A DNA stretch of 64,000 bases from Macrostomum hystrix (Eukaryota; Animalia; Platyhelminthes): contig CATNEN010000005.1 of assembly GCA_950097015.1 (NCBI GenBank), positions 3,348,001 through 3,412,000 on the forward strand, given 5' to 3'. Positions 49,101 through 60,659 of this stretch are shown here, in pieces (the first letter of the stretch is position 1; each line of letters starts with the position of its first letter). The position numbers and the translations under genes are program-made. The notes beneath the pieces are model-generated. The model ran no database searches and was not told the DNA's origin. It saw nothing but the letters and a program-made list of their open reading frames with translations.

Positions 49101-52100
49101 GAAGCGGCTTGGGTGACGGACAACTCGAAGGCGGCCTGGAACCTGAAGAGGGACTGGGCTCAGTGCAGGGACTGCCAGTCGGACTCGGCTGCGTGGACGT
49201 CGCTGAGGCGGAGCGGCGGAGTCTGGGGCTGGGGAGACAAGACCGGCATCGACCAGTCCTCCATGTGAGTGTCTGCCGCTGTCGGTCTTGGTGTAATTTT
49301 CTGCCCATGCAATTTTAGCCTTCTCAACTTTTGACTCTCCCCATTTTCGCATTCAGCAACTGGTTCGTCGGCCACCCGAGAGACCCCCCGAACGACTTCG
49401 GCTCCCTGTACGACAGCGGCACCAGCCAGCGGCTGAGAGTGAGAAGTGAGAATGCTACATCGAAGATGTGGCACATCTGCAAGTTCAGGTTCAGGGCCAA
49501 CACTGCTACTACGAACACCCCAACGACTCCGACGCCACACATGGGGGTGTGCCCCGGCCCAGAATGGCAGGAGTTCTCCGCCTGGTGCTACTTGCTTGTG
49601 AAGGGCGCTAACGGTCGAACATTTGAGCAGGCCAAAGCAGACTGCCGTTCTAGAGGTAAAGATGTCGACCTGCTGTGGATCGAGGCGGACGTCGAGCACG
49701 AGTGGTGGGTGGATCACTCGGAGCGCTCGTGGAACATCAAGCGAGACTGGGCCCAGTGCACGGACTGCTACGGCGCTGCCGGTGCTTGGATCGGCCTGTC
49801 CAGGGACTCGTCCGGCTTCTTCCGGTGGATTCGAAACAATCAAGTTTTGGATCGGAATCTGTAAGCGAATACCTTTAACCTATGTTTAGTAATAGTTAAA
49901 TGCGTTTTAAATTTTTGCCACTTTTTTTTGGGTGTACTGGTGCAGGTCGGCTTTTCAGGTAGTAGGATTTGTATAGTGAACCCATATTTTCTTGCACCAA
50001 ACCAGCAACTGGTTTCTAGGCGGCATCAAGGATCCACCAGCCGACTATGTCTACCTATTTGACACGGATACGCAGCTGCGATTTAGAACTGAGCTCGGCT
50101 CAGTGCGGCTGTGGCACTTCTGCAAGACGAATCACTCCGAGTACACCGGACCAACCAACTCGCCGAGGCCATCCTCCAGTACCCCGCAGTCAACAACTAC
50201 ATCTGTGACTACCACGACTAGGGCGACAACCACTAAGTATGTGGGCAACTGTCCTTCCAGCGAGTGGCTAGAGTTCGAGCATTCTTGTTACCTGCTAGTC
50301 AAGGGCACTAATGGCAGGGCCTATTCTGAAGCTCGCGCTGACTGCCAGAGTCGAAACGCCGACCTACTGTGGGTGAGGAGCGACAGGGAGATGGCCTGGA
50401 TCAGAGACTATGCTGGCCGCACCTGGGGCATCAAGCGTGACTGGAGACAATGCACCAACTGCGACAACATCGAGGCAGCCTGGTTTGGGCTTTACCGAGA
50501 TCTGCAGGACAGAAAAATAAAATGGGCGCACGATCAAACAGTGGTCGATATTGAACTGTGAGTAGATTCTAATCAGAGTTTTCTGAGGCTGATTTCAATG
50601 CGAAGAAATGCGAGAATGTAGCCCAATGTCAATTCGTTGCTTTTACAGGAGCTGGTGGATCACCGATCCACTTCCATCGCCCAACGATTACGGCGTCCTT
50701 TTTGACTCGGGAAGTCAGCTGCGACTGCGCTTGCTGCAACTCGACAGGGTGCTCTGGCACTTCTGCAAAATCGACTACGAAGAGAGCACGGCGACGACAC
50801 CGCGGCCCACAACTGGGACGCCACGGCCGACGAGGTACCCACCTGGTCCATGTATCAACACTGACTGGACAGCATACGGTGACAGCTGCTACACTCTCGT
50901 AAAGAATTCATACGGCATAAACTGGTCCGGAGCATTGACCGCGTGCAAGGCTCTGGATTATCGAGCTGAGCTTCTGTGGCTGAGCAGCCGAGATGAGCTA
51001 AGATGGCTTCTAGATTTCAACGCTCGAAATTGGCGATTGAGTGCCGACTATAGGCAGTGCCTCAACTGCACCAGCTTGGAAGGCGCTTGGGTTGGACTTT
51101 TCCGCGACTCTTCTGGAAATTTCCGCTGGAAAAACGACTTGACGAACAACACTATCGATCTGTGAGACGCAATTATGAAAAGCTTCTCGTACACTCGTAC
51201 ATTATAAAGCACTCTCATACTAACTTTTTTTCTAATAAAACATTTTAGATCAACTTCATGGTTTTTTGGCCACCCAAAAGGTCCACCCAACAACTTTGTA
51301 ATGATCTACGATAGATTATCAACTTTGTACCTGCGAACCGAGGTCCATGACGATAGATATTGGTACTTCTGCAAGTACAACTATCGCTATAGCACTCCGC
51401 CATTGACCCAGCCCACGGTGAGTACATCTAGTGGTCCAACAAGCGGAACCGTTGCTCCAATCGGACCCTGTCCCGAAGTCGGCGAGCCCTGGATTGAGTA
51501 CAACGGGAATTGCTACTCGGTACGCAAGCCGAGACAAGGACTGACTTGGTCGGAGGCTCGAGACGCTTGCCGCTCAGTTTCAGAGACCAGCGATCTGGCA
51601 TGGCTAGAGTCGGAGTCTGAGTTGGCTTGGCTAATTGACTACTCCGTGCGAAGTTGGAACATCAAAGCTGATTGGCGCTCGTGTGCCAACTGCAACAACG
51701 TCGAGGGCGCATGGATCGGCCTATTCCGCGATGAAGAACACGATGGACTGTTGAAGTGGGCTTTCAACGGTAGAACTATCAGCATCGCGCCGTGAGTTAT
51801 TCAGTCATTCTTTTTTTAATCATACGAGTATTCCCCTCGGATAGAGCGGAAAATGCTTGTCTTTGTTCTGGATTTACTGAATTGGTTGAATGTTTTGGTT
51901 GAATACAGAAAAAGAATGTGGATTGTGGACATTTGAAATTCCTCGTGGTCTATCTACTGTCAGAAGCTTTTTGTTTTTGCATAGCGAAAGCACTGAAAGT
52001 CCCAGAATGCGAGTACAGAAAACAAGTTTACAAAAATTACAGCAACTGGTGGCCCGAGCATCCGAAGCAAAGCCCGAACAACTACGGCCTGCTGTTCGAC

Positions 52101-52493
52101 ACTAGCACATCCCTGCGAATGCGAACCGAAGTTGGCAGCGGCAGGTACTGGTACTTCTGCAAAGCGGTTGGCAAGTACCCGGCAACTCAGCCAACTCAGC
52201 AGGCCACATTTTGGACGAGCGGAGCGGTTCACATCCTATGGGTGATACCGCTGCTGCTAGTGCTAGCCGGGCTGGCCTTCTACATGATTCGGGCGCACCG
52301 CAGACGCAGCGCGCCTTCAAACCTTGAGTCGGCCTCTCAGCCTGTCATGATGAGAGAGAATCCAGCCTTCAACTCCTACTCGGCATTGGGCAATGTCCAG
52401 TCGAATCAACCCAATGGTAAAACGGCCTCACTGGACGGAGACTCGGTGGCCGTGACGCTGAAGGACAGGCTGGAGGATGACGACGTGGCCTAA
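46198..52493 (+). CDS. Type-I membrane protein with 8 tandem C-type-lectin-like domains (mannose-receptor-like architecture), ~1507 aa
   Basis: Exons 46198-46595, 46728-47231, 47324-47878, 48761-49264, 49357-49860, 50006-50557, 50649-51161, 51249-51791, 52043-52493 (4524 nt, all introns phase 2). Signal peptide; repeated CP..W......CY...F..AR.DC...L+W....E..W...AWIG; Thr-rich linkers; TM; tail with ENPAF. Confidence 0.92.
48055..48355 (+). mobile_element. SINE family A copy with inverted central segment
   Basis: Head and tail are on +; ~48160-48330 is the reverse complement of the family body. Confidence 0.75.
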
Positions 52494-53761
52494 TTCGGGC
52501 TTTGTACTTTAAAACTTATTTGCCTGAATATCTATTACTTGTACATGACTGTGATTATCCTAATTTGCCCAGGAGTTAAGGCTAAGAAAAGTGACACTGT
52601 GTCGAGTTCGCAAATGTACAGAAATTAGGAAAGTTATCTCGCAGACGGTATTGAGTTCACATTTAGGAATAGCCATTTCAGGGAAAATGACTCATTCGAT
52701 TTAATTCTGTTCTCAAATGGCTACGATGCAAAAACGGCCGTGAGCATAACTTTAAATTGCCATTTCTGTCATCCAGTAATATCATGAAAATATAATAACT
52801 AGCAGAAGGCTTCTCTTATTTTAAGATTATTTTTTATAACGACCGTTTTTGTAACTCGCATTTGTCTTATCGTTTTGATTCGATATCCTTCGGTTGTGTT
52901 TTGCTAGAAAATAGGTTTAAAAACAAACCAATTTTTTCGAAACTTGGCTCCGAAATTTTGACAAAATTTTCGAAGTCTAGCAAAAAGTTTCTTCTATTCT
53001 TTATCAATTGCCTAAATAATTGAGTCCGAATACATTAAAACCTATAGTCTATAGGACACAGGCAGAAAAAGTAAGGCTGTAACAGTAGAGAGATAAGAAT
53101 TAGTGTGAGTCTGGTCTGAATTACATGCTATTAAGGCTGTGTACCCAAACTTTGCAGTGGCTGGTACAGGCCTGACTGGTACAGGCCAGAGCCACAGCAG
53201 TGTCAACACAGTGCAGCTGAGTCATTCGGATCACGCCACTTCTCGATTACCGGGCCAAATAAAAAAAACGTACGATTTAACTTTTGAAGTCCAGCTTATT
53301 CGACCTTATCAATTTGAAATTTGGTTTTGCTCTGACAAGTGAAAGTTAATTAATTAATTTCTGATTATTTTCATGATAAAAGTACAGAAAACCTACATGA
53401 AAAAAGTTATTTTAAAGCAATTATGGACAATCTATTACGTGTAAGCGTTTTTACATGTAAGCGCTTGTATTTAAATATCGACGAAAGTTAACTATATACT
53501 CTGGCTGATAAAATATATCATTTTAAGAGTTATGATTGACAGCAGCAGCTAATTTCGACTTAAATATAGTTATCTATGGTAACAATTCTAATCTAACAAC
53601 TAATAAAGCACATTTTCTGTATTGTAATTGAGCTGCATAAAATCAGATGCAGTTTACTACAGCAGCATTTAAGTAAATATTAGATCTATATCTTTTAAAA
53701 TAATACTGCGAACACGGGGACTTTAAGGTAAGGTATCTCCACTTTTGTTTGCTACGGAGTG

Positions 53762-54600
53762 GTGGTGCTTAGGGGTGGTGGGTGCTTAGGGGTGGTGGGT
53801 GCTTAGGGGTGGTGGGTGCTTAGGGGTGGTGGGTGCTTAGGGGTGGTGGGTGCTTAGGGGTGGTGGTGCTTAGGGGTGGTGCATGCTTAGGGGTGGTGGG
53901 TGCTTAGGGGTGGTGGGTGCTTAGGAGTGGTAGTGCTTAGGGGTGGTGGGTGCTTAGGGGTGGTGGGTGCTTAGGAGTGGTAGTGCTTAGGGGTGGGTGC
54001 TTAGGGGTGGTGGGTGCTTAGGGGTGGTGGGTGCTTAGGGGTGGTGTGTGCTTAGGGGTGGTGGGTGCTTAGGAGTAGTAGTGCTTAGGGGTGGTGGGTG
54101 CTTAGGGGTGGTGGGTGCTTAGGGGTGGTGGGTGCTTAGGGGTGGTGGGTGCTTAGGGGTGGTGCATGCTTAGGGGTGGTGGGTGCTTAGGGGTGGTGGG
54201 TGCTTAGGAGTGGTAGTGCTAAGGGGTGGTGGGTGCTTAGGGGTGGTGGGTGCTTAGGAGTGGTAGTGCTTAGGGGTGGTGGGTGCTTAGGGGTGGTGGG
54301 TGCTTAGGAGTGGTAGTGCTTAGGGGTGGGTGCTTAGGGGTGGTGGGTGCTTAGGGGTGGTGGGTGCTTAGGGGTGGTGTGTGCTTAGGGGTGGTGGGTG
54401 CTTAGGAGTAGTAGTGCTTAGGGGTGGTGGGTGCTTAGGGGTGGTGGGTGCTTAGGGGTGGTGGGTGCTTAGGAGTGGTAGTGCTTAGGGGTGGTGGGTG
54501 CTTAGGAGTGGTAGTGCTTAGGGGTGGGTGCTTAGGGGTGGTGGGTGCTTAGGGGTGGTGGTGCTTAGGGGTGGTGGTGCTTAGGGGTGTTGGGTGCTTA
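53762..54600. repeat. 17-bp G-rich minisatellite (GGGTGCTTAGGGGTGGT)
   Basis: Tandem periodicity; contains TTAGGG in each unit. Confidence 0.96.
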
Positions 54601-54807
54601 TGGGAGTTGCATCTACAGGGTGTAGATGCTGGGTGCTTTGGGTGGTGAATACTACGGATTGGGTGGGTGCTACGCGGGTGTTGGGTGCTAATTGTTGTAA
54701 GGTTACCATGGGACATGTGTATTATTGGACTTTTTTATCCAATAATGCCTATTGTGCGTAAGTCTACTTGCAATCAATCACATTTTTTTTCTCATTTTGC
54801 TTAGAAA

Positions 54808-55044
54808 ATGCGTGAAAGAATTGTCGAACAACTAGAAAAAGAATTCTTCACTCTGGAAGTGGAAGCGGGCTTTGTAGGCTACCTGCAGGAGACCACTCTG
54901 CTGAACAACATGGTCGCTCTGCCGATTTCACTATTTTTCGCTTCTCTAATTGGCCTACTAATCACCTGGTTGTTCACACTCCGCGCTACCGATATTGGAA
55001 CTGCTGACGTCAAGGAAGCCGAAAAAGACCCCACCCTGTCATAG
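54808..55044 (+). CDS. Putative 78-aa single-pass membrane protein (or terminal exon of an unresolved gene)
   Basis: Good acceptor at 54804 (TTTTGCTTAG|AAAATG), coding-like composition, hydrophobic stretch MVALPISLFFASLIGLLITWLFTL; upstream donor AAG|GTAAGG at 53728. Confidence 0.5.
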   Translation: MRERIVEQLEKEFFTLEVEAGFVGYLQETTLLNNMVALPISLFFASLIGLLITWLFTLRATDIGTADVKEAEKDPTLS

Positions 55045-55330
55045 CTGTATTTTATATGGCTTTATGAACTTCTACCTCGAGTTTACTGTCGGCTCCTTAA
55101 AAGTTGTTTTGTATTTTTATTTACGTAGAAAATCACAGATGTCGCTATTATAATTAACTAGCTCTACGTTACTTGACTGTGCATAAATACGAAGTGAAGC
55201 CTTAATGACGTATTATTGCCGACTGAAATTGATATCTTGGTGAAAAAAATAAATAAAACAGCTATACTGGGTTGGCAAAGAACTATTAAAAAGTGCCTAT
55301 TCATGAACGCCACATACTCGACAAGGTTTA

Positions 55331-55475
55331 TGCCTAGTGGATATAAAAGTGTTGGACTCGCCGCTGAAGGTCGTGGGTTCGATTCTCGATTCCACGGAAG
55401 CAGTTTGTGTCCATTAGTAAGATACTTTACAATGGGTGCTAGCTAAGTAATGGCGGGGAGATACGTTGCAATGTT
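55331..55475 (+). mobile_element. Degraded, internally deleted SINE family B copy
   Basis: CCTAGTGG...GGGTTCGATTC...TTTGTGTCCATTAGTAAGATACTT...AATGGGTGC, similar to the 15315-15622 element. Confidence 0.7.
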
Positions 55476-55482
55476 ACACACA

Positions 55483-55523
<41 letters not shown>
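55476..55523. repeat. (CA)n microsatellite
   Basis: Direct. Confidence 0.95.
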
Positions 55524-55525
<2 letters not shown>

Positions 55526-55554
55526 TTATACTTATGCCCTGAATTTATAATTTA

Positions 55555-55612
55555 TATGCCTCGTCGCTGATTCGAGCTCGGGGACCTCAGGTGCGAGAGT
55601 CAAATGCGTTAC
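55555..55612 (-). mobile_element. SINE family A head fragment
   Basis: GCCTCGTCGCTGATTCGAGCTCGGGGACCTCAGGTGCGAGAG matches the family A head (reverse complement). Confidence 0.65.
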
Positions 55613-55820
55613 AATACGAAAAAAACAAGAAGACAATGCTAGAATAAAACCTCTTTATCAACAAATACTCAGAGAAAAATTTATTTATTGAGCATTGTTG
55701 CGCATTTAGACAATATTATCGAAAAAAGAAATTTCTTACCATTCTTCGAAACAATGCTTTCTAGTGAAAGAAAGCGTGCAGAATTAATATGCGACTCCAA
55801 AAATACCTGTGTATCCTCAC

Positions 55821-56157
55821 CAATAATTCTATAGACGCTTCTGGCCAGGGTTCTGGACAGCTGGACATTCTGGCCAGCTGGAACCGCAGGCTGTTGGCAG
55901 AATGGTGGCATCATTCCTATAGCTGTTGTCACAGTAGCAGCTTGACCCAGACTGCAGACCAAAGTAGGTTAACCTGGCATTCAGACAATTGATAAAGCAG
56001 TATTCTACAGTCATTTGATTTGATGTTGGTCCTGTTAGGTCGCGATTAAAAAGACTGTATCCATAGCAACCAAGGTACGAGTAAGTAAACTGGTTGCTAA
56101 CCGAAGCAGCGAAGCTGTTATGCAACAGGTGCGCGGTGAGGATTATTAGCGAAATCA
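55821..56157 (-). pseudogene. Divergent or frameshifted WSC-domain paralogue
   Basis: YLGCY...RDLTG...MTVEYC...C......YFGLQ.GSSCYCDNSY is present, but the last Cys pairs are scrambled and the conserved SVYRI(I)G lies in a different frame. No in-exon ATG (CAG|TG acceptor). Confidence 0.6.
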
Positions 56158-56779
56158 CTGCAGTGGATAACAGATCATATTATACTCGCTTTTTTAGCTG
56201 CAGATTGGACTAATTCAGCTTCACTGGCTGTCTGTTTGCTAAATCGACTGTCATCCAGCAGAAATCTATATGGCTCTTTCGGAAACTCTCGTTTGCGTAG
56301 TGCCAGTCCAACTGTAGTGTTTAACTTAGCAGAAAACATTGCATTTGAGTAAACATTGTATGATGTTTGGACGGAATGATAACTCTTTTTTATGTATCTA
56401 CATCAAACATGAAACATATTCATATTTCTCTCGATAGTTATATTTGTAATACAAATATACAAATATTCAACCCTAGAAAATCAGAAAATTTTCTGTAGAA
56501 ATGGCAGTGGAGCTTATATACCAGGAGTTAGTTTGAATTTACATGAAAACTTCCCACAATGTTATGACCAGAGAGGCAAGTTTAATTGCTTTTATATCGA
56601 CTTGGCCTTTCTGTTTGTTATCTTTTGCGTATAGGTATTATAAATATCAGAATAATTTTTCATGAATAACTAATTTGTTTTCATAGCGAGCCACACAAGC
56701 TTGCAAGGTTATAAAAACAGAACTCTTTGAGTTTGAGAATAGCTACTCAAAGCTATAGACGCGAACAGCAGCTGCAACA

Positions 56780-57190
56780 ATGAGTTGGCTCCTGACAATA
56801 GACGCCCCTCTAAAGCTTTTGGTTCTGCTTCAATGCAGCCAACTCATGGCCTCCCTGAGCAACTCAGTTAGCGACAATTTTACCAACATTGGTTGCTACG
56901 CTGATAACAAAGATTCTCGCGATATTTCCGGATTTAAAATCACACTGTACACCACCATGACAGTAGAATCGTGCTACAGAAGCTGTTCAGCAAACAGTTT
57001 CCTCTATTTTGGTCTACAATTTACTTACGAATGCTATTGCGGCAATAGCTACGGCAGGTACAGTTCATCATTGGACCAGTCTCAATGCACAATGGCCTGC
57101 ACTGGAGACTCAAATAGGTATTGCGGAGGCTTCTTAAAGAACAGCGTCTATAGGATTGGCAAGCGATCGTTTATTTATTTGTTTGTTTAA
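56780..57190 (+). CDS. Secreted single WSC-domain protein (paralogue 2)
   Basis: Signal-like N-terminus; IGCYAD...RD...MTVESCYRSC....YFGLQF.YECYCGNSY...C.M.C.GD....CGG..KNSVYRI. 3' end uncertain (possible GC donor at 57159). Confidence 0.85.
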   Translation: MSWLLTIDAPLKLLVLLQCSQLMASLSNSVSDNFTNIGCYADNKDSRDISGFKITLYTTMTVESCYRSCSANSFLYFGLQFTYECYCGNSYGRYSSSLDQSQCTMACTGDSNRYCGGFLKNSVYRIGKRSFIYLFV

Positions 57191-57546
57191 TTTTTTTCAA
57201 TTTTCTCGATTAAAGTAATTATTGATGGAGCATAATTGTAATGGTTGTAGTCGCCGTAAGTAATTTATTCGATTCTTCTTTTCAAAAGGGGTCGTAATTA
57301 AGAGTTTTTTGTAAATCGTAACACACATTTAGCAATATACTTAAATGATGCAATACTTGTCTAAAGCTTTGGACTATTTTTTGTAACACCTCGCCTAACA
57401 CGCGAACCTTGCCTCATGCAAATATACGTATCCGCAGACATCAAAAGCTAAAACGGCCCATTTTAGGGCCAAGAAACGCAAAAAAACACAGGCCAGTTAG
57501 GAAAGAAGCGTAGTATCTGCTTTTCTTTTTTTAAATCTTACAATTG

Positions 57547-58170
57547 AAATAGCAGTGGGGTCAATAATATGGCAGTGGGGTCTATAGGAATGGCAGTGGG
57601 GTCAATAATATGGCAGTGGGGTCTATAGGAATGGCAGTGGGGTCAATAATATGGCAGTGGGGTCTATAGGAATGGCAGTGGGCCTATAGGAATGACAGTG
57701 CGGTCTATAGAAATGGCAGTGGGGTCTATAGGAATGGCAGTGGGGTCTATAGGAATGGCAGTGGGGTCTATAGGAATGGCAGTGGGGTCTATAGGAATGG
57801 CAGTGGGGTCTATAGGAATGACAGTGGGGTCTATAGAAATGGCAGTGGGAGCATATAAAAATGGCAGTGGGTCTATAGGAATGGCAGTGGGGTCTATAGG
57901 AATGGCAGTGGGGTCTATAGGAATGACAGTGGGGTCTATAGGAATGACAGTGGGGTCTATAGAAATGGCAGTGGGAGCATATAAAAATGGCAGTGGGTCT
58001 ATAGGAATGGCAGTGGGGTCTATAGGAATGGCAGTGGGGTCTATAGGAATGGCAGTGGGGTCTATAGGAATGGCAGTGGGGTCTATAGGAATGGCAGTGG
58101 GGTCTATAGAAATGGCAGTGGGGTCTATAGGAATGGCAGTGGGGTCTATAGGAATGACAGTGGGGTCTGT
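57547..58170. repeat. 21-bp minisatellite (GGCAGTGGGGTCTATAGGAAT)
   Basis: Tandem periodicity. Confidence 0.96.
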
Positions 58171-58533
58171 AGTTATTGCTTTGGGAGTATATAATAATAA
58201 CAGTGTGGTTTATGTGGGATGGAAGAATGGCAGTTAAATATCTTGATCCCAAAAAGGATCAAAATTGGTGCGCTTACTGAACATGCTGCATGTCCCAGAA
58301 TTGCAGAAATCCCTATTCAATTATATATTCTTCTTTTTTCTTCCCTTTCGCAGGCGATGAGTTTTAGTTTGCCAAATGGTGTCAGTTCAGGCTTTAGTCA
58401 CGTATTATTTAACAAACATTTCCGCGTGTCTGTTGGGTCCATAAAACTTGTTTCTCTAACTTGCCACATAGCAGTTTTTCCCTATCAGATTTTGATTGTT
58501 CGTCAGTTTTCAAGTCCACAGTTGAATAAGAAC

Positions 58534-58923
58534 ATGCTGGCAATTTTCGTTTCAGTTTTTTTGTTAAAACTTTTCCTCGTTGAAGCATCATTGCTTGCAG
58601 TGGCAGAGAATGACAATTTTAACTATATCGGCTGCTTTCTGGATCAAATATCAAGCAGAGATTTGACAGGAAAGCAGTACATCTCTGCTAGATCTATGAC
58701 TGTTCAATACTGCTACAGCCGGTGTGTTGTCTCTGGGTTCAAGTACTTTGGTTTGCAGTTCAGCAGCGAGTGCTACTGCGGAGTCAGCTTCGGTCGTCAT
58801 GGAAACTCGAGGCCGCGAGCCGACTGCAACATGGGCTGTTCAGGCGAACCATCTGTAGCTTGCGGCGGCAGAAACAGGAATAGCATCTATGGAATTGTTG
58901 GTGAGCTTGAATCAAACACATAG
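58534..58923 (+). CDS. Secreted single WSC-domain protein (paralogue 3)
   Basis: ATG 58534 MLAIFVSVFLLKLFLVEA signal peptide; complete WSC cysteine pattern; GT donor at 58901 likely. Confidence 0.87.
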   Translation: MLAIFVSVFLLKLFLVEASLLAVAENDNFNYIGCFLDQISSRDLTGKQYISARSMTVQYCYSRCVVSGFKYFGLQFSSECYCGVSFGRHGNSRPRADCNMGCSGEPSVACGGRNRNSIYGIVGELESNT

Positions 58924-59064
58924 AGAGACTATAGAGATGAGACAGTGTGAGAGATGAGACAGGAGACATGAGATAAGATAGGGTAGAGATGGGACATGAT
59001 GAGACAGGGGAAAGTGGTAGATGTTGGATGATGTCAGGAAAATTGGTTAATTAGTAACTATGCG

Positions 59065-59432
59065 GACTGGGGGTCGGTGGCAGAGCGGTTATCGCGTTTG
59101 CCTCTCGCAACACGAACCATATGTTCGATTCCACGGCGAGGCCACATTCATTTGGGGCGCAGCCGCGGAGAGAAGGCTTGGGGGCTTGTCGTGTAATTTA
59201 TCCCCTTGAGGGCCAACCTCCAACGCACAGTGAAAGTGTACACTGCCTGACGATGAGACAGTCAGGGCAGATGTACACACCTGTGTGAGCGTGTGCCTGC
59301 GTACAGATCTGTGTGTGGGCTCAGGAGTCAGCGAAATGGGCAGAATTGCCTCCTCGCTGGCTGCGGGTCTAGTGTCACCAAATGATGTGCCATTTCCCGC
59401 AGCCCTCCTACTATTATTATTACTATTATAAT
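59065..59432 (+). mobile_element. SINE family A, full length
   Basis: A box TGGCAGAGCGG, B box GTTCGATTCC, ~280-nt body with internal hairpin CTGCCTGAC/GTCAGGGCAG, tail CTCC(TACTAT/TAT)n. Confidence 0.92.
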
Positions 59433-59796
59433 AACTGTGGGCTGTTTCCGCTGGCTAGCGGTTGACGATACCTATTTCGATTGGAAGCTACATGGAGGGT
59501 GGGTTCCGGATGCCGCTAGCTAAAATGCAGGTAAGAACGCAGGTAAAATAAACGTTGGTTAATATTTGTGTTTCGCGAGTTAATTATTCACAAAAGTTCT
59601 AAGAGTTTCATAGAAAAATCCTTTCTCGATGCATTCTCATTTGTTGCTCATGTGCACAAAATACTGCAGCTATGAAATACTGATGCTATATTTTGAAGTC
59701 CTTGCGTGAGCGAGCGTAAATTGCGCATCGGAGCTCTAGGACTTTAGGTATTTGTTTGTGTCATTATCATCAGATAATTTTCAGCTTTCGATAGAC

Positions 59797-60420
59797 ATTC
59801 ACCGCAAAGATAATAACGGTAAGACAGCACTGCACAACGCGTCTGCTATCGGATACAGTTTCATGTAGTGACACGGCTCCTTGCAAACGGCGTCAACGTT
59901 GACAAAAAGGATCACGAAGGCTGCACGCCTCACCACTTTGCAGCGATGAACGGACTCTATAATGTCGCGCGGACATTGGCTGACACAGGAGTCGATGTCA
60001 ATGAACAGAAAGATACTGGGGCTACGTCCCCAGTCCTAAGTCCCCAAACGGCAATTTAAAAATGGTTCCTGCAATGGAAGGCGGATTCCAATGCTCAACG
60101 GTACGACCCCACTATGCACGGCTGCTCACAATGGTCACTTAAAAGTTGTAGAGCTACAGTACAGTACTTTTAAGGTCAGTTGGACTTTTCTAGACAGTGC
60201 AAGTAGCAGCACGTCGATTATAAAAAAAATTTAAATCTTAAGAAATTCGCTCGCCTAATTGCCCTTGCATTTAGCTGCGAGTCGGTCGCGCGCATCTCCT
60301 GGATCGACCCATCGACCTGCGTTGGATAGAGTGACAGGAGGGCTCAAATGCTACCAGCGATTTGGACTGCACTGCCCCACCTGGAAAAAATGGCATGCAA
60401 TCACTGACAACATTACAGGG
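59797..60420 (+). pseudogene. Decayed ankyrin-repeat gene fragment
   Basis: KDNNGKTALHNA, LLANGVNVDKKDHEGCTPHHFAA, NGTTPLCTAAHNGHLKVVE and MPLHLAA occur in different frames with stops. Confidence 0.75.
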
Positions 60421-60659
60421 TCATCGATTTATTGCCCTGAAGCTTAATTATCAATCACTATGTCTTTCTACATGCCGCACTTTCTGTTGCGAGACGAAGT
60501 TCCATTCGAGTTGTCGATCTGTTTTGCATCGATGTCAACTACGCTCAAGCCGCTTTCGAAGTCCGGCTGACTGACGACCATTTTAGCACTTTAGAATTGA
60601 GCTATTTGGGTTTGAATGCAGATAGATAATAATCGACCCAGATAAAAGTGCAGACCAAA

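Noticed and set aside
59240-59275. Hammerhead ribozyme in SINE A (CTGACGA core)
   Set aside because: The CTGAC bases pair within a simple hairpin, and there is no correctly placed GAAA or stem III.
58900-59800. Splicing of WSC paralogue 3 onto the ankyrin fragment (phase-compatible G|AC)
   Set aside because: The ankyrin part is riddled with frameshifts and stops, and a secreted WSC-ankyrin fusion is implausible; likely coincidence.
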